DNA of 64,000 nucleotides from a virus: the IMG/VR virus record IMGVR_UViG_3300020045_001394, positions 4,415 to 68,414 of that record; one strand, 5' to 3'. The notes under the pieces are model-generated. The model was not told the DNA's origin and ran no database searches. It was given only the letters and a program-made list of their open reading frames with translations. A program made the translations under genes and the position numbers. The stretch's first letter is position 1. Every line of letters begins with the position of its first letter. Shown one piece after another: positions 29,385-39,212 of the stretch.

Positions 29385-30825
29385 ACTCCAAGCTCCTTAG
29401 CTGAATTACGAATAAGATCACCAAGAGATTTATTCACACTAACACATTCATTGTCAAGCAACAGCTCCCAATAATTATCACAAGGACGCTTGTGGAATAG
29501 GAAGCCTAGTAATTCTAGTTGTGCTTTGATAGACGAGGACCATGTAAGGGTCATTGTAAGATATCCACTAGGATATGTGCATCAATTTCTTGGTTTTTAA
29601 TATAATCCATTGCGTCAGGTTTGTTACGAAAAGCCTGATGGTAATGCCCTGCATAAGATACTACAATGTAAACAGTCATTTCAATTCTCCAAAAGACATT
29701 CAGGTGTACCAAGCTTATATTCAATTTCTGCAATTGTAGCATGGTACTCATTGTCTCCGATATCATCTTCGTCGATAAGAGTAGTCCAAATTGCAATATG
29801 CTGCATCAAAGCTGTATTCCCCAAGCTCTTTGCGTATTTGCAATCGGAGATAGCGTCTTCTCTAGCTGTCTTATTCACCCTACCACCTCAACAAAGGTTC
29901 CTTTACGCAACTCTTTCTTACTCATAGAGAAATAGTGAGAATTGATTTTCTTGACTTCAATCGAAAACTGTCCACCGTCCATATAAGGAGTATCATCATA
30001 ATATTGCAGCTCCCACATCAATCCATGAAACTTTGGATCAACCATCCCTTCAACAGCCGGCAAAAACTTGTATTTGTTCACGTTTTACTCCTCCAAAACC
30101 GTTTAAATTTCAAAAGCACTGTACCCCACAGGGAAAGAGATTGCAAGGTTTTTAGCTCTTGTTTTACGAGAGAAATACGATATTCGTAGTCATTGATTAC
30201 GGCGACCTTGGCATCACGAATCTGCATATCAATAATAGTTTTTAGCTGCCTATCAAAAGCAAAGAAAATCTCTCCATGATCCTGTTCACCGTAATTCCAA
30301 CAGAATCTCTGAATTGGGAGATGACCAACATCCACTTCCTTTGCAGAGAAAACGTCCTCAGAGTTTATTGCTCTGGCGAGTTGTCATTCATATGACACAT
30401 AGGAATAGTGTTGCAATAGCTCATAACAAGTTTTTGTGTTGCTGTGTAAAGGATGACTTCTCTCATTTATTTAATACCAAGCTTAATTTGTAAAGCTTTG
30501 TAGGTGCGAAGGTCTTGTTCTTCCTGAACCTTCTTTCCTCGCAAGAAAATTGCAAGGGCAGCTTCTTGCCGGATCTTAGCTTCCTCGTCTGTTTCCAGCC
30601 TTTCGCTAATGATTCGAATGTTCCACTCGTCTTCGCTGTATTCTCTGTATAGGTCAATCTTTGCTTCGTTACCATACTCATCAGCCCAAATCTTAACTTG
30701 TTCATAGAGTTCAAGCATACTCATACCGTCAATATCCCACTTAATGTCACTGTGGTACTCTGAGATAATTTTATTTTTCATGTTAACTCTCCTGTCGATT
30801 TGTGTGATGTAGCCCCTTGAGACCA

Positions 30826-30895
30826 ATCTTACCACCTCAGCCCTTCCTGTCAAGTATTTATTTTAGGCAAAAGAAAGCCCACCATTCGGTGGGCT
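30826..30895 (-). promoter_or_regulatory. Terminator + A-tract + sigma70 promoter cassette, copy 2
   Basis: 30856-30895 matches 26038-26077 except two loop bases; TTGACA, 16 nt, TAAGAT on the minus strand. Confidence 0.85.
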
Positions 30896-30906
30896 GTGTG
30901 AGAGTA

Positions 30907-32091
30907 TCAGTACATCTCGTACCAAGCATCAATCAAGCTAATGTCTGTTGTTCCTCCGTTAGTGGTGACAGCGTACTCCCAACCGCCAGGCACGGTGACA
31001 GTAAGACCTTCTTGGGCTCCTACGACCGTAGGCTGTATTGTACTGAAGCTAAACCATTGGGAAGAAGAGTTGAGACGAACAACCACCTGTGTGTATCGCG
31101 TAGTGGATGTGGTGGGCTTATGTCTTACGAATACGATCTGCTCTGAGGCATTACCATTCCTGTAGTAGACGTTGACAGCACGAGAGCCCTTCACCTCTCT
31201 CCAGATTCGTGGCACTTGTCCAAGGAATGTTGGTACTTGAGAAGCAGCTAGCTTTCCTGTAGAATCCAAGCTCGCAACACCACTGGCCGCGCCTTTCTGT
31301 GTGAGGGGTAGAAATGTACTGTCAGCATATGTCTTAGCTGCTGCTTGTGCAGCGGTGGCTTTAGTCTGAGAGCCCGTTGTTGTTTCCTTTGCATCCCAGC
31401 CCGAGATTTGAGTAGGAGACAACCACTTACGGCTAGCTGTCTCAGTAACCATGTCGGCTGTATAGTCAGCAGTCTTAGCCACAACTGGCCCATATCTACC
31501 ATTAAAGGAGCTTACCACATTTGCGCTAGAACTGGCATCCCACTTATTTATCTGATCTGAGGTTACAAATCTTTTATCCGTGGTCTCAGAGATTTGGTTT
31601 GAGCTGTAGTCCCCAGTCTGAGGTCCAATATTTCCTGTACGACCATTGAAAGATGCAACCCCAATACCAAGGGCATTACCAAGCTTTGACCAATTAGAAT
31701 CAATGGCTGGGTCTGAGTTTGCATCCAAACCATATGCATCCCCTGTGCTACTCTCGTAAGCAATTGTTAAATCAGCATAACTTGAAAGGGCTAGGCGTGC
31801 TGCCCTATTAGCCACATTAACCTTACGTCCGACAGGGGACTCTGGAAGCTGCTCATACGGCACTTTACCAGAAACAAGGGATGCTTTATTCAACAAAGAA
31901 GATTCTGCTGATGCAAGTCTAGCATCTTGTGTAACATCTTTAGCTTGTAGTTCTGCAATTTGTGGAGAGAAATCAGTTCCACCTCCATCGCCAGGTGGCT
32001 CAAGAAGCCCCTCTAACACTCCAGTAGTAGCAAGACCAAAGCCACCCACCCTAGCAATATATTCTGCTAGCTGATGTTTATTAACACTCAT
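30907..32091 (-). CDS. Orphan fibre-like structural protein (second tail fibre or head fibre)
   Basis: Two V.SFNGR.G...DY...ET...W/F...QI..WDA repeats, GVASLD..GK...QVP motif, and a WR.V..SR....Y.N...VP.G..Y.V...W.E fibre-tip-like C-terminus. Confidence 0.7.
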   Translation of the reverse strand: MSVNKHQLAEYIARVGGFGLATTGVLEGLLEPPGDGGGTDFSPQIAELQAKDVTQDARLASAESSLLNKASLVSGKVPYEQLPESPVGRKVNVANRAARLALSSYADLTIAYESSTGDAYGLDANSDPAIDSNWSKLGNALGIGVASFNGRTGNIGPQTGDYSSNQISETTDKRFVTSDQINKWDASSSANVVSSFNGRYGPVVAKTADYTADMVTETASRKWLSPTQISGWDAKETTTGSQTKATAAQAAAKTYADSTFLPLTQKGAASGVASLDSTGKLAASQVPTFLGQVPRIWREVKGSRAVNVYYRNGNASEQIVFVRHKPTTSTTRYTQVVVRLNSSSQWFSFSTIQPTVVGAQEGLTVTVPGGWEYAVTTNGGTTDISLIDAWYEMY

Positions 32092-32214
32092 ATTATTGTT
32101 TTATCCTTTTGATTATAGATGTGTTCAATAGTCAGTATATCATTACTTACTGTACTCTGTAAATAGAAGTGTTACAAAAGGAAATGGTTTGTATAGGAAT
32201 CTTGCTGTATGTCT

Positions 32215-32635
32215 ATTGCGTCGCAATGAATAGTGTATATTATGTGCATTGCACATGAACAACCAATCGTCCTTACGGACAACACAGAACATAAGGCTGT
32301 ACGCTGTACAGATAAAAATCAAACACAAATCAAGAAATCTCTTGACGTTGCTTTTGATCTGTCTTATAAGAAGTAATTACTTTCTGTGTGGACACACAGA
32401 ATATAGATCAAGATCACAAGCAACAGCTTGGATTTGTATTGGCTGTATTTTATTTTATGGCATTCCGTCAGGAATGGATACATTGACTCTGGTATCCGAA
32501 GGTGCGTCCCGTACCAAGGATATATAATATGGATGTCGTGGACTGGTACAGAGCTTTTGTACCAAGATTTGTGCTAATTTCAATAGCTCTGCTTGACATT
32601 CTGGTACATATGCTTGTACACTGAACATCGTTCAG
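32215..32635. repeat. Palindrome/hairpin array A (non-coding, at the strand-divergence point)
   Basis: About a dozen short inverted repeats, e.g. ATTGC-GTC-GCAAT 32215, ATGTGC-ATT-GCACAT 32242, CTGTAC-GCT-GTACAG 32297, TTCTGTGTG-GA-CACACAGAA 32382, CATTCC-GTCA-GGAATG 32461, CTGAAC-ATC-GTTCAG 32621. Confidence 0.85.
32405..32437. repeat. 33-bp element; perfect inverted copy at 63319-63351
   Basis: AGATCAAGATCACAAGCAACAGCTTGGATTTGT versus ACAAATCCAAGCTGTTGCTTGTGATCTTGATCT. Confidence 0.95.
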
Positions 32636-32663
32636 AATAGTACATTTAAGGAGAACAATTCTC

Positions 32664-33407
32664 ATGCAAGACAGAATTCAGAAAGTAAAAGATTTACGCA
32701 CACAAGGTTATAGTCGTGCTAAGATTGTCAGCATTACAGGGTATCCTGATCGTTTTGTGAGGGCTCACATGAAAGACGTAGAGAAGACAGGTAAGCCTCT
32801 TGTTTCAGCATTTGACAAGAGTGTAGCTGATGTGTTTCCTTTGTGCATCAGGCAACAAGGGTGCAAGGAGTGGGAAATGCGGGAGATTCTTCATAAGCAC
32901 TATGGTGTAGTTTGGAATACGTCTAAAGGCGTGTATGAATCTAGCTTCAATGCAAATACTCGTCAGCGTGTACGTGATCGTTGTAAGGAGCTAACTGAGG
33001 ATGGTCAAGTGGCTGTGTTCATTCCTGATTGGGTGGATATTGCAAACCCTACAGCGAGTCGAGTTGGTATCGAGTCATTAGCACTCAGCTTGCAAGAGTA
33101 TATCGAAAATTCTGTGGAGGAATTTATGAACAGTTTTGGCGCTCCGTTTGGAAGCACAGAGCGAGTGAAACAGGCATATGCAGCCCGTGAACATATCTTG
33201 AAGGTAGCAATCAGAGGGTATAGCTCAGAGCCTGTGGAATCTCTTCTTGAGAATACTAGGAACGCAACGGACACTATTGAGTACGGACTGTGTGACCTAC
33301 CTATTCCTAAGTTTGACAAAGGATATGAATCTCAGTCATTCCACCCTGAGCCTACAGATGATGGAGTGTTCCTTGATTTTGTTGAGAGTCAAGGATGGGT
33401 AAAATGA
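32664..33407 (+). CDS. Hypothetical protein with N-terminal HTH
   Basis: KVKDLRTQGYSRAKIVSITG..DRFVR HTH-like segment; AAGGAG RBS; promoter TTGACA(32593), 18 nt, TACACT. Confidence 0.75.
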   Translation: MQDRIQKVKDLRTQGYSRAKIVSITGYPDRFVRAHMKDVEKTGKPLVSAFDKSVADVFPLCIRQQGCKEWEMREILHKHYGVVWNTSKGVYESSFNANTRQRVRDRCKELTEDGQVAVFIPDWVDIANPTASRVGIESLALSLQEYIENSVEEFMNSFGAPFGSTERVKQAYAAREHILKVAIRGYSSEPVESLLENTRNATDTIEYGLCDLPIPKFDKGYESQSFHPEPTDDGVFLDFVESQGWVK

Positions 33408-33988
33408 AATATAGTGAATACCTTACTGAATATAAAAGAAGTGCGGTAACAAAACTTGAGGCATACATCTTTGGATTTGATGATCTAAGTAAAGGGTGGA
33501 AGAAAAGATATTCTGATTTTGAGATTACAGATGAAATGCTTGAAATACTTAGTAGTCACTCAGGGAAACCAAGCAAGCAGCAAAGACGCGTAAGAAAGAA
33601 AATGATTGATAAAGAGCAAAAGACAGCACAATATCAAGTGACAAATAATCAGTACCTATATTTGATGAAGAATCCATCTGGTATGCTTAAAATTGGCATC
33701 AGTAAAGATCCGATGAATAGGGCTAAGACTCTTTCGAACGCTGCGGGTGTTCTAGTAGTTGTTATTGCCTTTTGGGAACTTGACAAAAACTCGCGAACAG
33801 TTGAGAATTTCTTACATAAAAGGTTTTCAGATGGCAGGTTAGAAGGTGAGTGGTTTAAGCCGGATTGGTTTGACTATCTTGAAATTGAAGAAAAGATGCA
33901 AGAGATTCAGTGCGGCTTCACTAGAACATATTTGGCGGATGAAGCTAAGATTTTTAGGTTTATTCCGTCGTACCCTTGGACAAAATAA
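33395..33988 (+). CDS. GIY-YIG T5orf172/MUG113-like domain protein
   Basis: YLYLM...KIGIS..P..R...L...E..LHKRF...R..GEWF motif. Confidence 0.85.
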   Translation: MGKMKYSEYLTEYKRSAVTKLEAYIFGFDDLSKGWKKRYSDFEITDEMLEILSSHSGKPSKQQRRVRKKMIDKEQKTAQYQVTNNQYLYLMKNPSGMLKIGISKDPMNRAKTLSNAAGVLVVVIAFWELDKNSRTVENFLHKRFSDGRLEGEWFKPDWFDYLEIEEKMQEIQCGFTRTYLADEAKIFRFIPSYPWTK

Positions 33989-33994
33989 ATCACA

Positions 33995-34029
33995 AGCCCC
34001 TTGACGGGGCTTTTCTTTTGCCTTAAAAT
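33995..34029 (+). promoter_or_regulatory. Overlapped terminator/promoter with the -35 box in the hairpin loop
   Basis: AGCCCC-TTGAC-GGGGCT-TTTCTTTT; TTGACG(34001-06), 17 nt, TAAAAT(34024-29). Confidence 0.7.
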
Positions 34030-34341
34030 CAGCTCATCAAACAGGCCAGAGCACCAACAGATGGACACAAGATCAGAAATATTCAGCAGAATGTCTGATG
34101 CATACACTAATAAAGAAAATAGAATATTCAACGATGCCTTAAACTTTCACCTGGGGTTAACACAAGATTTATCCGCTGCTGCGTTAATTTGCATGAAAGA
34201 TAGAATTAGTGTTGAGATTTGGCCAAAGGATCATAAGAAACTTTATTTAGATAATCGACTAATTTGTGAAATTTATCCTTTGACAATTGAAATGCATGAG
34301 AATACACTGACGACTAATTTCAAGTACAGGATTTATCCTAA

Positions 34342-34842
34342 ATGAATATATTCTCCACAAACATTTGCCCTATCCAGTCAGCTAAAGACCACTGTATGGT
34401 TCACCTCAGGAAAATGGTGGTGGAGGCGCTACAAATTTTGAGTACAGCACATTTTGTTCTGGACGGTGTTAAAGTGGGATATAAACCTACGCATCGTAAT
34501 CATCCGAGTTGCATTTGGACCCGTAACACATCCGCTAACTATCAGTGGTTGTATGCTCACTACAAGGCTTTATGTGAGGAATATACGTTCCGTACAGGAA
34601 AGATTCACAAGAGCAGTGAGTGGATGGGAGTGATGGCTGTACAGCCTAAGAATATTCCTATCGGAAGCCTTGATCCTTTTGCTATGCCAATGCCTGAGAG
34701 CTATCAGTGTCTTGGATTGTTTGACCAGACTAAAGCATTCCAGGCTTATCTTAACGATAAATTCTCAGAATGGGCTTGCAGAGAGAAGCCAATTGAGGTA
34801 TCTTGGGGCTCTAAATGTGAACGCCCGGAGTGGGTTAAATGA
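34342..34842 (+). CDS. Pyrimidine-dimer DNA glycosylase / endonuclease V-like protein
   Basis: MNIF...P..SA..H...H..KM..E..Q.LSTAH...YK.TH.NHP...W...NY.WL...LC.EY..R.GK.H motif; upstream promoter TTGACA(34280), 17 nt, TACACT. Confidence 0.8.
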   Translation: MNIFSTNICPIQSAKDHCMVHLRKMVVEALQILSTAHFVLDGVKVGYKPTHRNHPSCIWTRNTSANYQWLYAHYKALCEEYTFRTGKIHKSSEWMGVMAVQPKNIPIGSLDPFAMPMPESYQCLGLFDQTKAFQAYLNDKFSEWACREKPIEVSWGSKCERPEWVK

Positions 34843-35699
34843 CTGACCAAGAACGAATCGACAAGCTAACTAAGACTTTACAAAAGATTTCCTTGGAGCT
34901 TATTGCTGCTGGTAATACAGAGCCTCAAAGATGGCACAGCAGTAATGAAAAGAGTTCTTTTCCTATTTTAAAACGTATGGGTGAAGAAGGTATGTTAGCA
35001 ATTGCTGAAGTTATGTTTTAATGAACGAATACGATGAAGACGTTGTTGGTATTGTACAAGAGCGATTCCTTGATGGTGATCGTGGTAGTTATTTTGAAGG
35101 AGTTATCCTAGCTCCAACAATTATCAAAGAGAAAGTACGTCACGGAACAAAGCTCTATTCTGAAGAGTATGTACGTTATTTGAAATTACAGATTCTCAGT
35201 CTTGAGCAGCAAATTGATGAAATGTATATGGAAGAGCGTGTACGAGGAGAAAATGATGACTAAAATTATGAGCGTAGTGTTTACATTTTTGTTGGGGATC
35301 ATAGCCACTCTATCCTTAATATCAATTGCAACACCAGACGAAGCAATGCCTGGAACCTCATGGCGTAAACTAGATATTTGTGAAAAGAGCTTGCCACGGG
35401 ATCAGAAATGCATTATTGTGGCTATACCAAACGTAGAGCAGAAAGCTCTTAATGAAATTAAAGGGGAAATGAAATGAGTTCTAAATATAAAATTACAAGC
35501 CTACCAAAAGAAGATGAAACACGAGTAGACCTCTATGGTGCCTCGGTGGGAGATATGCTACACTTCGCACGCTTAGATAGCGAAGATATGGTATGGATTA
35601 AAGGATCTGATGTTTTTCGTGAAGGTGGATATTCTAACCTTGGAAGAGTCTGTGTAGCGTGTTCAATGGATGATTTTTAAAATATGTTGAGGAAGTGAA

Positions 35700-36107
35700 A
35701 TGACCTATTCCACACGATTTATCCTACTGTTTAGTGTGCTTGTTGTGCTAGCAGTATGTCTACCTAAGAAAGATGCTAGCGCGTCTCCAGAGCATGAGAA
35801 CCCTAGTAAACAATACGATTGTCTCATTGATTATGAGCTAGGTAAGAGTAATATGCTAGGCTATCAGCGTGGGATTCCACTTCCCATGATGCTAGAGAAA
35901 TTTGGTGATACAGATCAGAATATTTCTCAGATTCGTGAGGCGTACACATGGCCTAAAATGAGTCTTGAAAATAATCAGGATACAATGATTGAAAAGTTTG
36001 CTGTAGAGATGTACAATCGCTGTATCGCACAGCAACCAAAAATGAGCACAAAGCATGAGCCAGCTAAATCAGATGCAGAGCCAAGTAAGCCATTCTGGAA
36101 ATTCTGA
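35700..36107 (+). CDS. Exported or membrane-anchored hypothetical protein
   Basis: N-terminal hydrophobic signal segment (FILLFSVLVVLAVC) and two further Cys. Confidence 0.65.
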   Translation: MTYSTRFILLFSVLVVLAVCLPKKDASASPEHENPSKQYDCLIDYELGKSNMLGYQRGIPLPMMLEKFGDTDQNISQIREAYTWPKMSLENNQDTMIEKFAVEMYNRCIAQQPKMSTKHEPAKSDAEPSKPFWKF

Positions 36108-36376
36108 AAGCGTCATTAACAATGACCATCCGTACAGAGAAAGCTTCCAAGAATGGTACAATGAAGAATATGCTTTCTTCCTAAGACGCAAACGTCAGCA
36201 TTATGACCTTGTAATTATGGAAGATGGGGAGTATAAATGGGATACGCCAAAGAATGCTTATCGTATTTGGGTGGCGTGTGCAAAGGCTATGGAATTTGCT
36301 AAGAAGGCTTAATAATTCAAAAGGAGAGTCTTGTGGGCTATGAACGTAAGAAATTTAGTAAGCAAGGGGAAGATGA

Positions 36377-38134
36377 GTGAGCAATAAATATGGGATTGAT
36401 ACATCCCATGAGCACAAAACCGGCTGTCCAAGGTGCATCAGGAATGGTCAAGATAAGTCTAAGAATAACCTCCACGTCTACGGAGAAGGCAAGGGAGCAT
36501 TCTGCTGGGCCTGCGAGTGGACTTTGCCTAGTGATGATTGGCTTGAAGAACATGGCGAGATTAAAGATGATGAAGAGGAGTTTGATTATATGGGTGCTGA
36601 GTTTAACCAAGAGATTCATGACAAACTAAAAGAAACCACCTCTGTAGATCCTAAAGGCTGGAGAGGTCTTCGACGTGATACATGCGCTTATTTTGGTGTC
36701 CGACATTCGTTTAATACCGAAACTGGTGAAGTTGAGAAACAATATTATCCAACTACTCAAAATTATGAGTTGACAGGGTATAAATTTCGTTCAGTACCTA
36801 AGGACTTTGGAGCTATTGGCGCTACTGGGAAGCAGTGCGAATTGTTTGGGCAGTTCCGTTTTAAGGAGGCAAAAGGTAAATATGTTCTTGTTGTAGCTGG
36901 TGAAATTGATTGCCTAAGCGCATACCAACTCTTGGCCGACTACCAGAAAGGTAAAGGCTATGAGCCTATCCCGGTAGTTTCCAGCACTATTGGTGAGTCT
37001 GGCAGTAGCAAACAAATTCAACAACAATATGCCTTTCTAGACCAATATGAACGTATCCACATTTGTTATGATAATGATAAGGCAGGCAAGGACGCTGCTG
37101 AGAAAGTGGCTAAAGTGCTGCCTAAAGGAAAGGCTTATATTGTTAATTTGAGTTTGAAAGATTGCAATGAATACTTAGTGGCGGGGAAACAGAAAGAATT
37201 TATTAAAGCTTTCTATGATGCCAAAGGTTATACACCAAATGGTATCGTTGGCAGCGGTGAGCTGTATCAGAAAATTCTAGATGAAGTGGAAGCTGATAAA
37301 ATTCCTTTTCCGCCTTTCATGAAAAAACTCAATGAGATGACCGCTGGCGGCCTGAGCCTAGGAAAACTGTGTAATATCGGGGCAGCAACTGGTCTAGGTA
37401 AGACTGTGTACGTTGATTCTATTATTTATCATCTTATTTTTAATAGTCCATACCGTGTTGGCGTCGTGAGCATGGAACTTAACAGCGGTCAATATGGCTT
37501 ATCTATGTTATCACGCCACGTTGGACGAAAGATCGCAAATATTCAAGATAAGGAAGAGCGTAGTAATTACCTTAAAAGTGAGTATGTACAACAAAAACAA
37601 AAAGAGTTGTTCTTTAAAGAAGACGGCTCACATCGTTGGCACTTGGTTGATGATCGTGATGGTTCTATTGATGACATGAAGTCCCTTGTTGAACAACTTG
37701 TGATTAGCTGTGAGTGCAAAGTAATTGTACTAGATCCATTGCAGGATATCTTGGATGGTATGAGTAATGAAGACCAGGCGTTGTTTCTTAAATGGCAGAA
37801 AGGCTTGATCAAAAGTCATAACATGAGCTTCATCAACATCAATCATGTCAGGAAAAGTGGTAATTCTTCCCAGTCCAGCTCCAATGGCGGAATGATTACA
37901 GAAGAAGATTTTGCTGGCAGCTCTACAATCATGAAATCCGCCGCACTGAATATTCTTCTAGTCAGAGACAAGATGAATGAAGATCCAGTAATCCGCAATA
38001 CAACCCGTGCCTTCCTGAGTAAAAATCGGGATAATGGCATTACAGGTCCAGCAGGATCGTACTACTACAATAATGAAACACATCAACTACAGGACTTTGA
38101 TGAGTGGTTGGAGCAAAATCCACAGGAGTTTTAA
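36377..38134 (+). CDS. Primase/helicase (T7 gp4-like)
   Basis: Zn finger CPRC...CWAC, TOPRIM GEIDCL and YDNDKAG, Walker A GAATGLGKT, SME, LDPL and HVRK motifs. Confidence 0.95.
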   Translation: MSNKYGIDTSHEHKTGCPRCIRNGQDKSKNNLHVYGEGKGAFCWACEWTLPSDDWLEEHGEIKDDEEEFDYMGAEFNQEIHDKLKETTSVDPKGWRGLRRDTCAYFGVRHSFNTETGEVEKQYYPTTQNYELTGYKFRSVPKDFGAIGATGKQCELFGQFRFKEAKGKYVLVVAGEIDCLSAYQLLADYQKGKGYEPIPVVSSTIGESGSSKQIQQQYAFLDQYERIHICYDNDKAGKDAAEKVAKVLPKGKAYIVNLSLKDCNEYLVAGKQKEFIKAFYDAKGYTPNGIVGSGELYQKILDEVEADKIPFPPFMKKLNEMTAGGLSLGKLCNIGAATGLGKTVYVDSIIYHLIFNSPYRVGVVSMELNSGQYGLSMLSRHVGRKIANIQDKEERSNYLKSEYVQQKQKELFFKEDGSHRWHLVDDRDGSIDDMKSLVEQLVISCECKVIVLDPLQDILDGMSNEDQALFLKWQKGLIKSHNMSFININHVRKSGNSSQSSSNGGMITEEDFAGSSTIMKSAALNILLVRDKMNEDPVIRNTTRAFLSKNRDNGITGPAGSYYYNNETHQLQDFDEWLEQNPQEF

Positions 38135-39202
38135 ATGGCAATAAAATATTTACAAATTGGTCAAATTCTCGAAAATAAGGATGGAGAAAAATATGTAATT
38201 GAAGGCCTTGAGAACTGTAAATCAGTAAAAATCCGATTCCTCTCAAATAGCTCAGTTAAATATATAACTGCTCATTCTGCATATCGAGGAATAGTCCTTA
38301 TTGGAGAGAAGTACTTAGACAAGAGTGGGGAAGAAATCACTGTAATTTCTAAAAAGAATCAGGAGAATATTACTGTACAGTGGGATGATGGTGAAACTCG
38401 TACTTTGGGCGCATACAGAATTGAAAATAGATTAGTAATCCGGACTAATGATAATAAAAATATTAATCCAACCGTTAAGGTTGGGCAGAAATACATTAAT
38501 AAGCAGGGATCTGAGATTAATGTTTTGGAGTATAAAAACTCAGCTAGAATTTTGGTAGAGATAGGTAAAACAAAATACCAGAAGTATGTGACATCTGGCA
38601 ATTTAATATCTCTCAATGTGCATGATAAGTATGCCCCTTCAGTTGCAGGGAAGGGTATTTTTGGTGATGCTGTTGTAGATGTAAAATCTCAAGTTTATAC
38701 TTCTTGGGCGGGGATGCTAAAACGGTGTTATAATTTTTATGAATATAATCCCAGAGCAAAGATTAATTATGAGAGCTGTGAGGTTCATGAGGATTTCTTA
38801 TACTTACCGAATTATATGGAGTGGTATGATAAGCAAATTGTTCATCCAAAGTGGCAACTTGACAAGGATCTTCTAGTTCCAGGTAATAAAGTATATGGCC
38901 CAGACAAATGCATATTTTTACCAAGAGCTTTGAACACATTCCTTACATTAAGGGGAAACGAACGTGGCCCCTATCCTCTAGGAGTAACAATTCACGAGAA
39001 GACAGGTCACTATGAGGCAGCTTGTAATCGGGACGGGAAACGGATATACTTAGGCGTGTATAAAACACCTGAAGATGCATTCGAAGCCTATAAGGCCGAG
39101 AAAGAGGCCTATGCCAAAGACCTTGCAGAGCGTTGGAAAGAACAGATTGATCCACGCGCCTACCAAGCACTCATGGAGTATCAAGTAAACATTACAGACT
39201 AG
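38135..39202 (+). CDS. Free-standing homing endonuclease-like protein with three N-terminal repeats
   Basis: Repeated G..Y/L.NK.G....V units; W..MLKRCY, WQLDKDLL.PGNKVYGPDKC.F and YLGVY.TPE.AF motifs; same family as 9422-10102. Confidence 0.82.
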   Translation: MAIKYLQIGQILENKDGEKYVIEGLENCKSVKIRFLSNSSVKYITAHSAYRGIVLIGEKYLDKSGEEITVISKKNQENITVQWDDGETRTLGAYRIENRLVIRTNDNKNINPTVKVGQKYINKQGSEINVLEYKNSARILVEIGKTKYQKYVTSGNLISLNVHDKYAPSVAGKGIFGDAVVDVKSQVYTSWAGMLKRCYNFYEYNPRAKINYESCEVHEDFLYLPNYMEWYDKQIVHPKWQLDKDLLVPGNKVYGPDKCIFLPRALNTFLTLRGNERGPYPLGVTIHEKTGHYEAACNRDGKRIYLGVYKTPEDAFEAYKAEKEAYAKDLAERWKEQIDPRAYQALMEYQVNITD

Positions 39203-39212
39203 GGAGAAATAG

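Larger units (their letters stand above)
25285..30781 (-). other. Cluster of small hypothetical minus-strand genes (e.g. 25285-25530, 25536-25751, 25753-25959, 26496-26795, 26956-27390, 27595-27960, 29681-29878, 29875-30081, 30078-30335, 30467-30781)
   Basis: Tightly packed ORFs with AGGAG-type RBSs and overlapping start/stop codons, driven by promoters at 26036 and 30853; no functions recognised. Confidence 0.75.

Noticed and set aside
21597-32091. Diversity-generating retroelement or invertible tail-fibre switch between the two fibre genes
   Set aside because: No reverse transcriptase, invertase, TR/VR pair or shared crossover sites were seen.
32143-32665. ORFs 32143-32328, 32249-32527 and 32468-32665 (and likewise 62697-63218, 63154-63342, 63576-63767)
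   Set aside because: No RBS, atypical composition, and they overlap the palindrome arrays; probably spurious.
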